64,000 bases of DNA from the NCBI GenBank assembly GCA_046563655.1, contig CM102285.1, positions 11,904,001 through 11,968,000 of the forward strand, in the 5' to 3' direction. This stretch comes from Yuukianura sp. NJ FZ-2021. Its lineage: Eukaryota. Within the stretch, counting starts at the first letter, position 1. The number at the start of each line of letters is the position of its first letter. Under the pieces are notes generated by a model. That model saw only the letters and a list, made by a program, of their open reading frames with translations, did not search any database and was not told where the DNA came from. A program made the translations under genes and the position numbers. Positions 31,841 through 44,265 of the stretch are shown here, piece by piece.

Positions 31841-32992
31841 ATGTGCAAAAGGAGGAGGAACAGTTCCAAAATGAAAGCTTTCAATAAAAATGCTGACGAG
31901 CATGACCCGAATTTCACAAAAATCCGAATTCCCAAAACGAAGGAAGAGATTGCAAGTGACCTTCGGTATCAAAAGTTAATCACAATCGGAGCATTTCTTC
32001 CCGGTGACTCCCATGACCTCAACGTCCCCATCACAGACAATGACATTCCCTGGTTGAATCATACGTTGATCCAAGAAGGAAGAGAGTTCGTCCAGCGTCA
32101 CTGGTTTGCCGTGTTCCTCGCCCACTATGTGGCGCTTCTCATCGGAGCTGCTTTACGACCCGGAATTTCAGTCATGATCAGAACAGGACTTTCACACAAA
32201 CGTGAAAATTCTTTGAAACGATACTTGTCAACGACACTGCACGTTCGAACTTGGTACGAAGCCGACGGTTCCGAAGTCATCCGAGACATGCACAAAGTTC
32301 GCAGACTCCATGCCAAGGCGATCCGGACATTCTTCGCCGTTCCGAGTCCAGTCAACGACATTCGGCTAGATCATGATCAGAAACGACTGCTTCAGGCTAT
32401 CAAGGACGATGTCAAGGTCATTCCAGGTTCAGATGAAGTCCTACCACGGCATCTCAATTCCTATGAACTAGATGTCCCCATTAGTCAACTGGCGATGGTC
32501 ATGACCCAATTTACGTTTATGGGTTTTATTGTCCTGTTCCCCAAAGTATTTGGAATTCATGACACAAAGGGAATAGAAGGATTTTGTCACTTGTGGGCTG
32601 TACTGGGCAAGTACATTGGAATTGAAGATGAATTTAATTTGGGGCTACAACCCGATACGGTCATGATGCGTCGCTTGTTTGAAGAAATTAGTGTTCCAGG
32701 TCTGAAGGAAGCGGATGACGCTACGATGGTATTCTGGGATGCTATTACAAATGGAGTGCAACAATATAGGCCATTTGCACCAATGAATTCATTGTTGTTA
32801 TTTATGACACAGGATTTAATTGGAATTGGTAAAGGCGAAAATTTTGTTAAGTTTATGTCTTGGTATGATCGCTTATGCTACAATTTCCTACATTTTCTAT
32901 GTGCCCATTTGCTCAGATGGACTTTGATTCGATGGATTACAAATTTTGATGCTAGAAGGATCATTTCTTCTGCAAAGAAAAAATACATGTAA
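31841..32992 (+). CDS. MpaB/rubber-oxygenase (Lcp)-like domain protein, paralog 1, intronless, 383 aa
   Basis: Single ORF. Family motifs PW...EGREF, RTG, KRYLSTTLHVRTWYE, VRRLH, ISQLAMVMTQF, GFCHLWAVLGKYIGIEDEFNL are shared with the three paralogs at 42.5-50.8 kb. Family assignment is by motif recognition. Confidence 0.75.
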   Translation: MCKRRRNSSKMKAFNKNADEHDPNFTKIRIPKTKEEIASDLRYQKLITIGAFLPGDSHDLNVPITDNDIPWLNHTLIQEGREFVQRHWFAVFLAHYVALLIGAALRPGISVMIRTGLSHKRENSLKRYLSTTLHVRTWYEADGSEVIRDMHKVRRLHAKAIRTFFAVPSPVNDIRLDHDQKRLLQAIKDDVKVIPGSDEVLPRHLNSYELDVPISQLAMVMTQFTFMGFIVLFPKVFGIHDTKGIEGFCHLWAVLGKYIGIEDEFNLGLQPDTVMMRRLFEEISVPGLKEADDATMVFWDAITNGVQQYRPFAPMNSLLLFMTQDLIGIGKGENFVKFMSWYDRLCYNFLHFLCAHLLRWTLIRWITNFDARRIISSAKKKYM

Positions 32993-34677
32993 AACATGTA
33001 AAAAATACATGTAATATTTTACGGTAACCTCTACATCTTTAATACTTTTTTGGCACCAAGAAACGACGCAAAATCGCATTTATACAAAGTTTTATATTTT
33101 TAATGTCTTCTCTGTGGTTTAATTTCCTTTGTTATAAAACATCAAAAAATGTAAATACTTACCTTGGACCATTTGCGTGTAGAAGTGTTCTATGGACTTT
33201 AGTTGGTTGCATTTTGTAAACCGGTTTCTAGGTAGTAGTCGCAATTGTAAAATTAGTGACAGAAATATGCGTTTTTTGAAAGTTGTTATTTTCTTGTCCC
33301 TTTTTTGCCACTTTTTGTTCTACAAATTGAATAAAAGTTGATGTGACATGACATATGGTTAATTCGAAAGTGGTTATGTAGTATTTACACCAATTTCCGC
33401 CTTTCAATCATCATGAACTGAAATCTAAATAAGAATTGTTCGAACATATTTGCAAAGTATTAGTACGCCATAAACTTTTTTAACGCAACATCGGAAAAAA
33501 ATTTAAGAACAGTGCGTGCCGGTTGCCACATGAGGACAGTGCGATCTGTGTGGTAGCAGTTATAGACTGCTGTGCCAAAACGGGACCCTCGTGTTTTCGG
33601 CCGGAGCTATCCGGATATTATGCGGAACAAAAAGGTCCCCAAAAGCTCCCCCTACTCTTTATGCCCTGGGTGGGGAGCAAGTAGCGGGAAAAATGTTGAA
33701 TTTGTAAGATTCATAAGTGAATTCCATAGTTGTTTTGATTTCAGGCGAAATGCGTAATAAAATAATTCGTACTTTATAAATAATATAATATAATAAATTA
33801 TTATAACCATTTGTTATGCGGTATTATCAGACTTTTTGTAATTACTTTGTTTTGAAACTGTCAAAATGAATATCAGCCCAGATGTGTCTAATTCTGTGAC
33901 AGTAATGGGAAGTGTGCTCTAGAGCAACTACAAAAACTTTTCTTTCTTTTTTTTTTGCATTCGTTTTCCCCCCTTGCTTTTGCTTTGCTGCAGCACTTGA
34001 GCGGAGCCCCTTTCCTTTTCACTTTCATTTTCATTTCACTCATTTTGTGCAGGGAACCAATGCAACGAAAGGGAGGATTTTGTAAACTCCTTCCAGAAAG
34101 AGTCTACGGTAGCAGGGAAGGGACAAGGTATAGCTTGGCATAGAAAATTTCAGCTGAGGAGTTCCTTATTTTGAACTGATTACTAATCAGTACATCAGGG
34201 TCAACATAACGATACTCCCGTGGTCGTCGAAAGCACTGGATTGCATTGCTCCTATTTGACCTTGACGTCGACGTTTGGCAATGAAGATTCAAATATCCTT
34301 GATAGAACTGTAAGCGGGGATCCTTTCATCGTTCCCTTCCATCCAGTGTGCAGGGGCCAGGGAGAGACGAGACAGTGGAAATTGATCTCAACCAACATTC
34401 AACTCAAAATACCGTAAAGAACCAATCCTTCATCGTTCGACGTCGTCAACGTCGCTCTCGCTGTCGTCAAAAGCTGATTGATGCGGAGAGTTTCCCGTTT
34501 CCATTTCTAGCATCTAACACTGTTCAAGAACTTAAGGTAAGGGGAGGAGATAAATTAATGGTCATAGTCGTACTTATCAAGTTCATTGACACGTCGCCAG
34601 GAAAACGTTTCTTCAAGTATACTAGGTATCAGGTTCTATGAGCGCTTATGATAATGATTTTGTTTATGAGTAGGCAA

Positions 34678-35534
<857 letters not shown>

Positions 35535-37957
35535 ATAAGAAGCTGCCAAAGAAGGAACTTTTACAGAGACAACTCGTTTCTCTCGAAAAACGTATTCAAG
35601 AACAGCATTGTATATCACCGTTTGGGAGGTTTTCAGTATGGTCCACGTAGCTGCTACTCTTCGAACAAACCTCCGGCTTCTTCGTAACTTTTGTAAACTA
35701 GAGCTATGCTTTAACTTCCCAATTTATTAAGCTAGTTATTAACGTCATAGCGTCCTCTCCACAGCAAAATAACGCGCCCAGAGTTAGTTTCTGAGAAAGT
35801 ACTGCCGAGAGAAGACGGTAACAACTTTCTGGAATTTCGACGGTTCGAAATATTACAAAATACTTGAGAGAAGGATCATGGTCTCAGTTCATGTTGTGTC
35901 CCCCAAAAAATCTAACAATTAACGTTAACTTAATAGTTGAAGACTTTCTTAGACTTGGTCTACTACATGTTTCCTCTAAATTATTGCGGAATGTTGCCCG
36001 CCTACCTAAGCCAAAAGTACTGACTACTCTTCTCTTCTGGTGGTGAGGGTGACTAATGTTTCATACAACTTGAAAACTTGCTGGATGTTCAACATAACAC
36101 CTACAGAGGGCGAAACAACGCTTTAGGAGAAGAATTTAAGCGCTTCTGATTATGCATGATGTTTTTCTTTTTGTAACAATTGTTCTACTGTAATAATTTT
36201 ATTTAGATTTAAGGAGTCCTCTTCAACGTTTTTCTAAGTTGACTGTTCAATCCTAAAAAACTAAGTCGAACGAAATAAGCTAAAGACGAATCAAGTAATG
36301 TTTTAGTTTCTGTTTTGTTTTGTTACGGTTAAGACTAAAATATGTGTAGTATATGATAGGATCGATTCTGATTGTTTCTTAAGTTGAAGCTAAGTTGAAG
36401 TTAATAGTGGTAAAGATTCTAGAGAACCCTAATAATCACTAACGATTGTGTACTTACTATATGATAAATAAGAATTACGTGAAGTTCATTTGTAAATTGC
36501 AATTGATTTTTTACCAAGTAGTGTAATTTCATTTTATGAGTTAAAGGGTAATGGATTCGACGCTGACAAGCGATGGCAACGGCGTCGCTGTTCTGTGCAT
36601 GTCCGAAGTCCGTCCATGTCCATAGGGACAAAGGTAGCTCGCTCAAAGCAAAGCACACAAGTGCAAGTTTTGTCCTTGCGCTTACATTGACTACGGTTCT
36701 AACTTGACGTATTTCTGGATGTGTCTTTACGAGTAATCTCGTGTATAAAATATGCGACAAGTGCTGAAACACACAGTTTGCGACGGGACTACACGTCGGC
36801 ACTGATATTAGCACTCCCTATAAAGTATTCTCGACTACACTCAATGATATGGGACAGCAAGTTATGAACTGCAAAACTATAACAAAGGCTTACTTATTAA
36901 ATTAATATTAAAGCTTTTGTATTAAAACAAAACATACAAGAACAGCTGTAGTTATTACCCTTTTAGTCACAGTGTTATACAGGGAAGTACACGTATGTAC
37001 TATGTACTAGGTTACACGTAACGTATGCGTGTAGGGTTAAAACGTGCTGAGTAACGTATAAGGTTGGGTCATTGATTTTTCTTGCATTTTTTTCCTAAGC
37101 TTTGATATCATATACCTAAATATATATTTAGATAGTTCAAGGAATCAATGATATACAGGTATTCCAATTTTTATGTACTATAAGAGTCTGAAGCGGTGCT
37201 TATAGAATTATTATAAAAATGGTTTCTTCAATGCTAGCAATAGCGAGTACATTTAGGCAGAGGAAGCTACTGTGTTGCGGATTGGAAACAGCGCAAGCTG
37301 AACAGAACGAAAAGTGCTGACAGCTGAATGTTAAAAAAACTTTCGGGATTTGAGCTGGATTTTTGAATTCCAATTTGCAAAGAAAAGTGGATTGTATTTT
37401 TTTGTGTACTGAATTGGTATTTTAGAACATTTGAACGATACGAATCAGACGAGTAGGAACGGATTAGTTAGGTTATTTCGATTTTTCAGTGAATTCTTTC
37501 GTCACTCGTCAGCTGGAGATTCTTTACGTTTCATTCCATCTGACCTATTACACTCCGGGGATTACGACAAAGGAACCGCCCAATTGACATCATAAAGAGG
37601 TAAGCAGTTAGCTTTAGCTTACTACACATTAATTAGTTAGTCAGTAACTGATTGCTGATACCGATTGCTGTGTGTTGGAGTGAAAATGGATTCGTTCGGT
37701 TGGGTTGCAGTTCTAGAGAGTCCTCATAGAAAATTTGTCATTTATGCGCCAGGCGCCACGTTTGGTAGAATCCAACCCATACTCATCGGTGCTATTCGGT
37801 TTATTCTTCGGGTTTGGTTTCCTCGAGACCGGTACTACATATGGGTGGAAATTAAGAGCAGGCGATGCTTTAGTAAAGTAAAGTAGAGCCGACAGAATCT
37901 AATCAACGAATACAAATTTTTAAATTATACTTATACAATATACATTGTCGGATTTTC

Positions 37958-38700
37958 GGTTGAAGTAAACTTGGGTTCCGCGCCTGTCCCCACCCGTTCA
38001 AATTTTCCCGCTGCTTCCATTGTCCCCACCCAGTGTCCCCACCAAGTGGGTACATTTGTCCCCACTTGGTGGGGACAAAAGTGTACCCACCAGCCTTACA
38101 CCGACTCCCCCTAGCGGGCGAAGTGGAACTAGCGAATTCGAGCTGGCAACGTCGTACCGTTGCTTCAGTGTCGCCACCCAGAGCACAGGTAGTAAATATA
38201 GTGAGACTAAATCAGAAAAACCTACAGACAAAATCACTATTGTAGGACAATCACAGACGTAGTCACTATTGCGTGCTTAACCAAACCTAACGCCGCGCCT
38301 TCGGCGCGGAAACTGCATTGTACCAAGAAGTTTCGTGCTGAAACTTCACGAAGAAGTTTGTTTGCAGTTTCCGCGCCGAAGGCGCGGCGTTAGGTTTGGT
38401 AAAGCACTCAATAGTGATTACGTCTGTAGGTTTGACTGACTAAAAGTCTCGCAATAGTGATTACATATTCCCCATTCCCTAGTGGGCTTCTCTACAGCGG
38501 CTTTTTTACATTGAAGCAACACTACAACGTTGCCAGCTCGAATTCGTTAGTTCGACACCAACCGCTAGGGGGAGTCGTTGTTTAAGGCTGGTGGGGACAC
38601 ATTTGTCCCCACTTGGTGGGGACACTGGGTGGGGACAATGGAAGCAGCGCGAAAATTTGAACGGGTGGGGACAGGCGCGGAACCCAAGTTTACTTCAACC
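37958..38700. mobile_element. 743-bp palindromic (foldback) non-autonomous DNA transposon/MITE with 8-bp TSD GGATTTTC
   Basis: The terminal 50 bp are a perfect inverted repeat (GGTTGAAGTAAACTTGGGTTCCGCGCCTGTCCCCACCCGTTCAAATTTTC), with 92/93 identity over the first 93 bp. Inner arms 38281-38317 and 38363-38399 also pair. GGATTTTC flanks both ends (37950-37957, 38701-38708). No coding capacity. Confidence 0.92.
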
Positions 38701-38817
38701 GGATTTTCTGAGTGTAAGTGTTCATCAGCTGTTCGGCCCGTCCCTTTGTTAGGCCTACTTGATTCACATGAAACCGTTGTCTAATTTTGAATTCCTTTGA
38801 GTTTACAGTAGTCCAAA

Positions 38818-39565
38818 ATGATGGCCGGCAATTTGCTACGTATTTCTAAAGTGAAGCTTGCACTCCCTACACCAACGGCAATGCAAGTTGCTTGGCGGTC
38901 TTACGGCGTTCCTGATCCTCGTGCTAAAATTGGAAACCGAGAGGTTGTCGGATACGGAATCAACGGAACCTTTAGCTACATTGACCATGTAAACAACCCG
39001 TTTCCAGCTATTCGATTCAAGGAAGACACTGCTGAAATCTCGGTAAGCAATCGCTTGTATTTATTGGTACCTATTTGCCAAATTGAGTTAGGGAGTCGTT
39101 TCAACGACTGCTAGTGAGTGTAACCTAATTGAATTTCATAATTGAGGCTCTGAGGGAAAAGGAAAAGGGAGATTGGAAGAAACTTAGTATTGAGGAGAAG
39201 AAAGCATTGTATCGATCAAGTTTTTGCCAAACTTATGCTGAAATGATGGCACCCACTGGTTTGTGGAAACAAAGTGTTGGTGTTGCTCTTATGGTAATTT
39301 CTACTGCACTGTGGCTCTTCATTCTCGTCAAAATCTTTGGTAAGACAGGAATTTCTATGGTTTTGGTTTGATGACCTTAAGTTAGTTTGATAATTTGTTT
39401 TGGTAACATTTACCATAACTTCCTTTAGTTTACCATCCACTTCCGGAGAGTTTTACATTGGAAAATCGTCAGAAGCAGTTGCGCCGTATGATTGACCTCA
39501 GAGTTGATCCCATTGATGGTCTTAGCTCGAAATGGGACTACGAGAAGAACGATTGGAAGAAATAG
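38818..39565 (+). CDS. COX4: Cytochrome c oxidase subunit 4, 184 aa
   Basis: Exons 38818-39042, 39147-39339, 39429-39565. IGNREVVGYGING, PFPAIRFKE, LREKEKGDWKKLSIEEKKALYRSSFCQTYAEM, one TM helix, GLSSKWDYEKNDWKK. Probable 5'-UTR intron 37600-38808 (GTAAGC...TTTACAG). Confidence 0.95.
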
Positions 39566-39919
39566 ATGAAGCGCTCCAAAACCTTACTTCAGTCCTTCCC
39601 TTGTATCCGTGCAAATCCTTCAGTCAACCGTACTAAGAACTAAAAATTGAATACCTATAACGTTGAAGTTTCAAGAAGGGAAGAGTCATTTCAAAGGTAT
39701 ATTAAGATTCGTAGCGGTGTTACTTATTCATGGTAGCATCTTGAAAGTCCATATGATTTTCAGTAGACCGTGATTGAAAATATCATGGAACTGTTTATCT
39801 TACAAAATAAATTGGGATAGCGCTTCGCTCAACAGATTTTACCTTAACGTTGACTCGTCGACCTCGACGTTTTTTATTCTCGAAATATCTGTTTAGCGAA
39901 TAACGTTTCTCTTTTTAGT

Positions 39920-41866
39920 CTATTCATGAAGAAGCTCAGTCGCAGGGTACTCGTACAGTTGAATTCTTCCGCCATGTTTGAAGAATCGGTCGACCGTGGC
40001 TTTGAGTTGAGGTGGTCGAAATCCATGAGTTCTAGTTTGTTCAAACCGTTTCTTCTGAGACAAGAGTTGGTTTAGCTGGTGGTTTAACGTTTCAATTTCC
40101 AATTGCAGTAAACGATTTTCAGCGCTAAGGATTTTGTCCTCCTAAAAATCGGAACTTAGAAAGTTATAACACTTTACGATAGCATGCTTTGATTCTTATT
40201 TCTCACCTCCTCAAGTTTTTGATTTTCAAAAACCAGATTGTACCATGCCGGATGCATTGAATTCAAAATGTAGTTGAGGTCTTGTGAAATTATACGTTCC
40301 ATTTCAGCCACAGTTTGTTCAGTTGCCATCTTAGACTCCCATTCTAACAGTGCCCGTAGATTATCCCGTTCCACGAAAACTGAGTTTTTAACCTACGAAA
40401 TCAAGCATTTTCAGGTATAATGTTGTTTTTGAACTCAATTTGATACTTTGGGCACAATTGACATTGTTTCGGTTTTCTCACAGCTTCGAGTAGGGCCATG
40501 AGTCTGTCAATCTCGTCTTGGGGTCCCTTCAATTTCTTGTCACCATTTTCTCTCCAATCTTGTAAGGTTTCAATGGCATCTCTGAGTTGCTGTTCCACTT
40601 CACGCAATCGTCTCTCAGCCTTAAAACATTGTTCCAAGGTTACTAATCATAATCTTTTGTCATTTTTAGACTCTGAATCTCTCATTGTTGTCTTACCGCA
40701 TCCACTTCAGCCTGCTTTTCAGCAAGTAATCGTTCAATCTCTGCGTCCTGATTATCTCTCAAGTGACGATACTCTGCCTTTACACGCAACAGTTCCCTCT
40801 GTAACTGTTTCCACTTGTCTACCAGTTTTCGCACTTCGAAATGGTCATCCCATTCAGAAGCATCGAGATCATCCATAATAGGATCCAGAATGTCCATCAT
40901 GTTTTGAATGTGCTTGCGGTAGTGATCTGTAGCTTTGTGCGCATGGGCGATGAGGTACTGGATTCAATTTGTAAGAAAATCAGGTTATGTCATGTCAGAT
41001 TTCGTATTTTTAGGATTCGACTTGCCTTCAAAATGTACTCGGCTTTTTCAAATTCTCGTTCCAACATCTTCATCAGTTTCTTGGGCAGTTTGCCAAACGG
41101 TTCTTTGAACATGTAGTTCATCATTTTGCAGAGTCCACACTCCGGATCACCGTAAATAGCTCCGTGCGGTTGAGGGCGTGGCGGTAGAGGAAATTTTGGT
41201 CCACACAGAACATCTCGGATTGAGCCAGCTTTTAATCAGGGAAATTTCAAATCAATTGTTATAATTTTAGCATCTTTTAGCATTTGTTGGTTATACCGCG
41301 CTGAAGAGGTCGGTCAGGTCGGGTTGTCTTTTCCTGAGCTTGGTATCCAACATTGACGTAGGGCAGGATAGCCTCCTTAGCAAATTCAATCGCTTTTTCC
41401 GTTTTTCCTTTTACACGAGCAATTGGCAGTGGTGGCAATTCTGCAAATTTTGGCAAATCCGGAATATCTTTTTTGGTGGGCTTTTTGCGATCTTTCTTGC
41501 GAATTCGGGAGGCCTTGATGTGATAAAGTTCTTTCTTTTTCTCTTTTTTCCCACACATGAAGTCCTCAAGTGGCGGGCCATAGAATCGCGTAAACGTGAG
41601 AATACCTGGAGTAATTTGGGCAAATTAAGATCATAAGTTGGGTAAATTAGGTGTAGGTCACATGCTCTAATGAGATGACGTTCAGAAACAGATTTTTCCC
41701 ACATTGCAAAATTTTTCGCAGCTAAAGCATATAATGAACGATAAATTTTTTTCTTGATATTAATTAAATTACCAAACAGGTCGAGGTTGAATTTGCGAAC
41801 ATTTCGTTTCTTCTTTTTTCCTTTCCCTTTCTTCTTTCCTTTGGATTTACTTCGACTTTTTGCCAT
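39920..41866 (-). CDS. Uncharacterised protein with Lys-rich N-terminus and C-terminal coiled coil, ~490 aa
   Basis: Minus-strand exons 41866-41773, 41721-41662, 41605-41297, 41228-41026, 40957-40697, 40619-40482, 40392-40207, 40141-39920; total 1473 nt, in frame. One GC-AG intron and one weak donor (41661). Starts MAKSRSKSKGKKKGKGKKKK; heptad-rich C-terminal half. Confidence 0.65.
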
Positions 41867-42023
41867 TTTTGACTGGTTTTAGCAAGAACTTCTAGGACTG
41901 ATGTTCGTATTGAAATATTTTTCAAAATGGAAAAAAAAGTTATCTTTAAAATTTTGGGATTGCCAGTAGCTGTTGTTTTTGTGGAGGAATTGACCTGTAA
42001 ATTGCAAATTTTGCCTTGGTTTG

Positions 42024-42037
42024 GTTTCTATGGTAAC
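42024..42037. promoter_or_regulatory. RFX-binding X-box (GTTTCT-AT-GGTAAC) ~160 bp upstream of the coiled-coil gene
   Basis: Matches the ciliary X-box consensus GTHNYY-AT-RRNAAC at a proximal-promoter distance from the ATG at 41866. Confidence 0.6.
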
Positions 42038-42548
42038 AGTGGAATTTAAATTGCGATTTTTGAATTCTTGGCGTTTTTGTTTTTTATTTTGAGCATGTCA
42101 CGCGATTGGCTACGGCCTTCACGACTAATCTGTTTTTGCGCAAGTGGAGCATTTCGGGAAGAGCTAAAGTACTTTAGTACTTAAAATGATTTTGAAAGTT
42201 CATCCTTGCAGATAAGTTTTGGCTTTAACACTTCGTTGCTCCTCTACAATTTGACTTCCTAGTTCTTCTGAAAAGTTGGTCTAACTTGAGTAGACTTGAA
42301 TAGCACTTTTAATGACTTTTTGCTCGTTAAAAATTGTACAATGTCGAACTTTTCCTTTCCTTGATGATTTTATTTACATTAGGATTTTTAGTAGGTATTA
42401 TAAAGTTAGCATTAACAAGTGGATCACCTCTACTCGACTCATTTATGTATGAAAATTTTAAAATGACTACAAAAATTGAAAGATACAAGGTATAGAGGCA
42501 ATACCTTCAAAGTATTTACAAATCACAACAACTTTTTTCTTGTGTTTC

Positions 42549-43965
42549 CTACAATTTTTGAAGCGTAGTCATAACCAGTTGTGTAAACTCCCAGATTTTT
42601 TTGGTGAAATCCAGGAATGATGTGGATTTGATTCCTTGTTGGTTTTGTTTCTTAGCTGCAAGTACTGCGCGATCATTTTGATCACTAATGAGGTGGTACG
42701 TAAAATTGGCAAGGTGCCTAACCAGAGAAAAGTGGTAGATGAGGGACGTAGAGAACCTGACCATTTTGGCATAGATTAATTCTTTCCAGGAAAGAAGATT
42801 GTAAAGATGATTTGTTTTGAAGTTGGGTAAAGCCTCTTTGGAAATTAGTCCAGCGTAAAAAGCAGATTTGAGTGTAATACATTTAAGGAGCGGTGCAATT
42901 GCGTCAACGTAGGTTTGTTGTAAATGCAGAATTGTTAAGTCCATGTCTTTGAGACTAGCCATTCCTAGTTGATAGAATAGTTTGAGACAGAGTTCACGAT
43001 TTGCTAGGAGAGCAAGGTTGTATCGATCCTGGATTCCCAGCATTTTCCCAAAAACGGCCCACATATGCATGAAACCCCGAATTCCTTTGCCGTCCTTGTC
43101 TCTTATTCCGATTGTTCCCGGGAACAAAAACACCATAAAAATGAAGCCAAACCTGAAATTTAGAAAAAATTCGAGTTTTGGAAGAGAAATTGGAATCAAA
43201 ATTTCGAAATCCCGAATTTTTTGAAACCTAGTGATAATTTTTGGCATAAAAGCCGATCCTAGTTGGAGAAATTCGGTAGAATTTTAGAAAATTTCAAAAT
43301 TTTTGGACTAACTGTGTCATCAGCATGTCGTATTGACTAAAAAATAGTTTCGGATTGTATGTAAACAATTCCCGAGGAGCTTCGTTCGTTTCAATACAAT
43401 CGTCCAAGTCTTTTTTAAGAGCTTCCATAATTTCCAATTTTTCTTTAGGATTTGGAACATCGTCCATCAGAAGTACTGGCGTTTGTTCACTTTTGTTTAG
43501 CGCTCGAGAATGCAATTTCCGAACAATTTGAAGGTCCTTGAAAACAACTTCGGCGTTACTTTCGTACCATCGCGTAATATGAATTCCAGTTTCAACATGG
43601 CGCAGCATCGATTTCGTTTTGTCTCCAAGTCCAAATCCACCAGTTCGCAGTAGGACGGAGGTCAAAGGTTTAAATGAAAATCCATAAAGAAGGGCAGAGA
43701 TATGTGCAAGGGAAACGGAGAAGTAATTGTTCCGAACGAACTCTTGACCTTGTTTGATTAGTTCAGGATCTGCCCAAGGAATGTCTTCGTAGTTAAATGT
43801 TGTTCCATCGTCTCCAGGAACAGTAGGAGCTTCGTATACAATTCTACGAAATAGTTCGTCAGCAGTTGGTTCTTTTTGGGAAGTATTTAGCGGTTGCTTC
43901 ATTTTCCCGGATTTTGTTCCCTTTGATTTTTGCGTTTTAGATGAATTCCGCTTGTTACGTTTCAT
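42549..43965 (-). CDS. MpaB/Lcp-like domain protein, paralog 2, ~418 aa, 2 exons
   Basis: Exons 43965-43313 and 43152-42549 (intron GTTAGT...TTTCAG, 160 nt). DIPW...QGQEFV, LLRTG, RHVETGIHITRWYE, VRKLH, FSQYDMLMTQFGF, GFMHMWAVFGKMLGIQDRYNL. Confidence 0.75.
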
Positions 43966-44113
43966 GTTACAGAGTTGCGAAACTGTAGATCACAGTTTGT
44001 GGTTGAAGGTTAATGCGGTATTTGGTATCACGGAAGTGATGGATTCAAAGTCTAGAATGGCACTAGAGTGGAAAGTGTTTGGAGACGCTGGAGTGGAGCA
44101 GCCTATTAGGAAC

Positions 44114-44265
44114 ACTAGACGGAACCCGTGATGTTTACACATCACGATGACATGAAGGAAGGATGAATTTGAACATTTTGTCAAAAATCCGCTAGCTTTT
44201 TCGTTTGACCCGAGGTATGACCTAGGTAATTTCGTGATGTGTAAACATCACGGGTTCTGTCTAGT
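44114..44265. mobile_element. 152-bp element with 34-bp inverted ends, each carrying a hairpin plus CTAG (Helitron-end-like MITE)
   Basis: ACTAGACGGAACCCGTGATGTTTACACATCACGA (44114-44147) and TCGTGATGTGTAAACATCACGGGTTCTGTCTAGT (44232-44265), 33/34 complementary. Each arm contains an 8-bp-stem CGTGATGT/ACATCACG hairpin. Confidence 0.65.

Noticed and set aside
32978..33014. Duplicated AAAAAATACATGTAA at the stop of paralog 1
   Set aside because: Local slippage duplication that does not alter the protein.
37998..38784. ORFs in the track within the foldback element
   Set aside because: Artefacts of the GC-rich palindrome; no transposase motifs.
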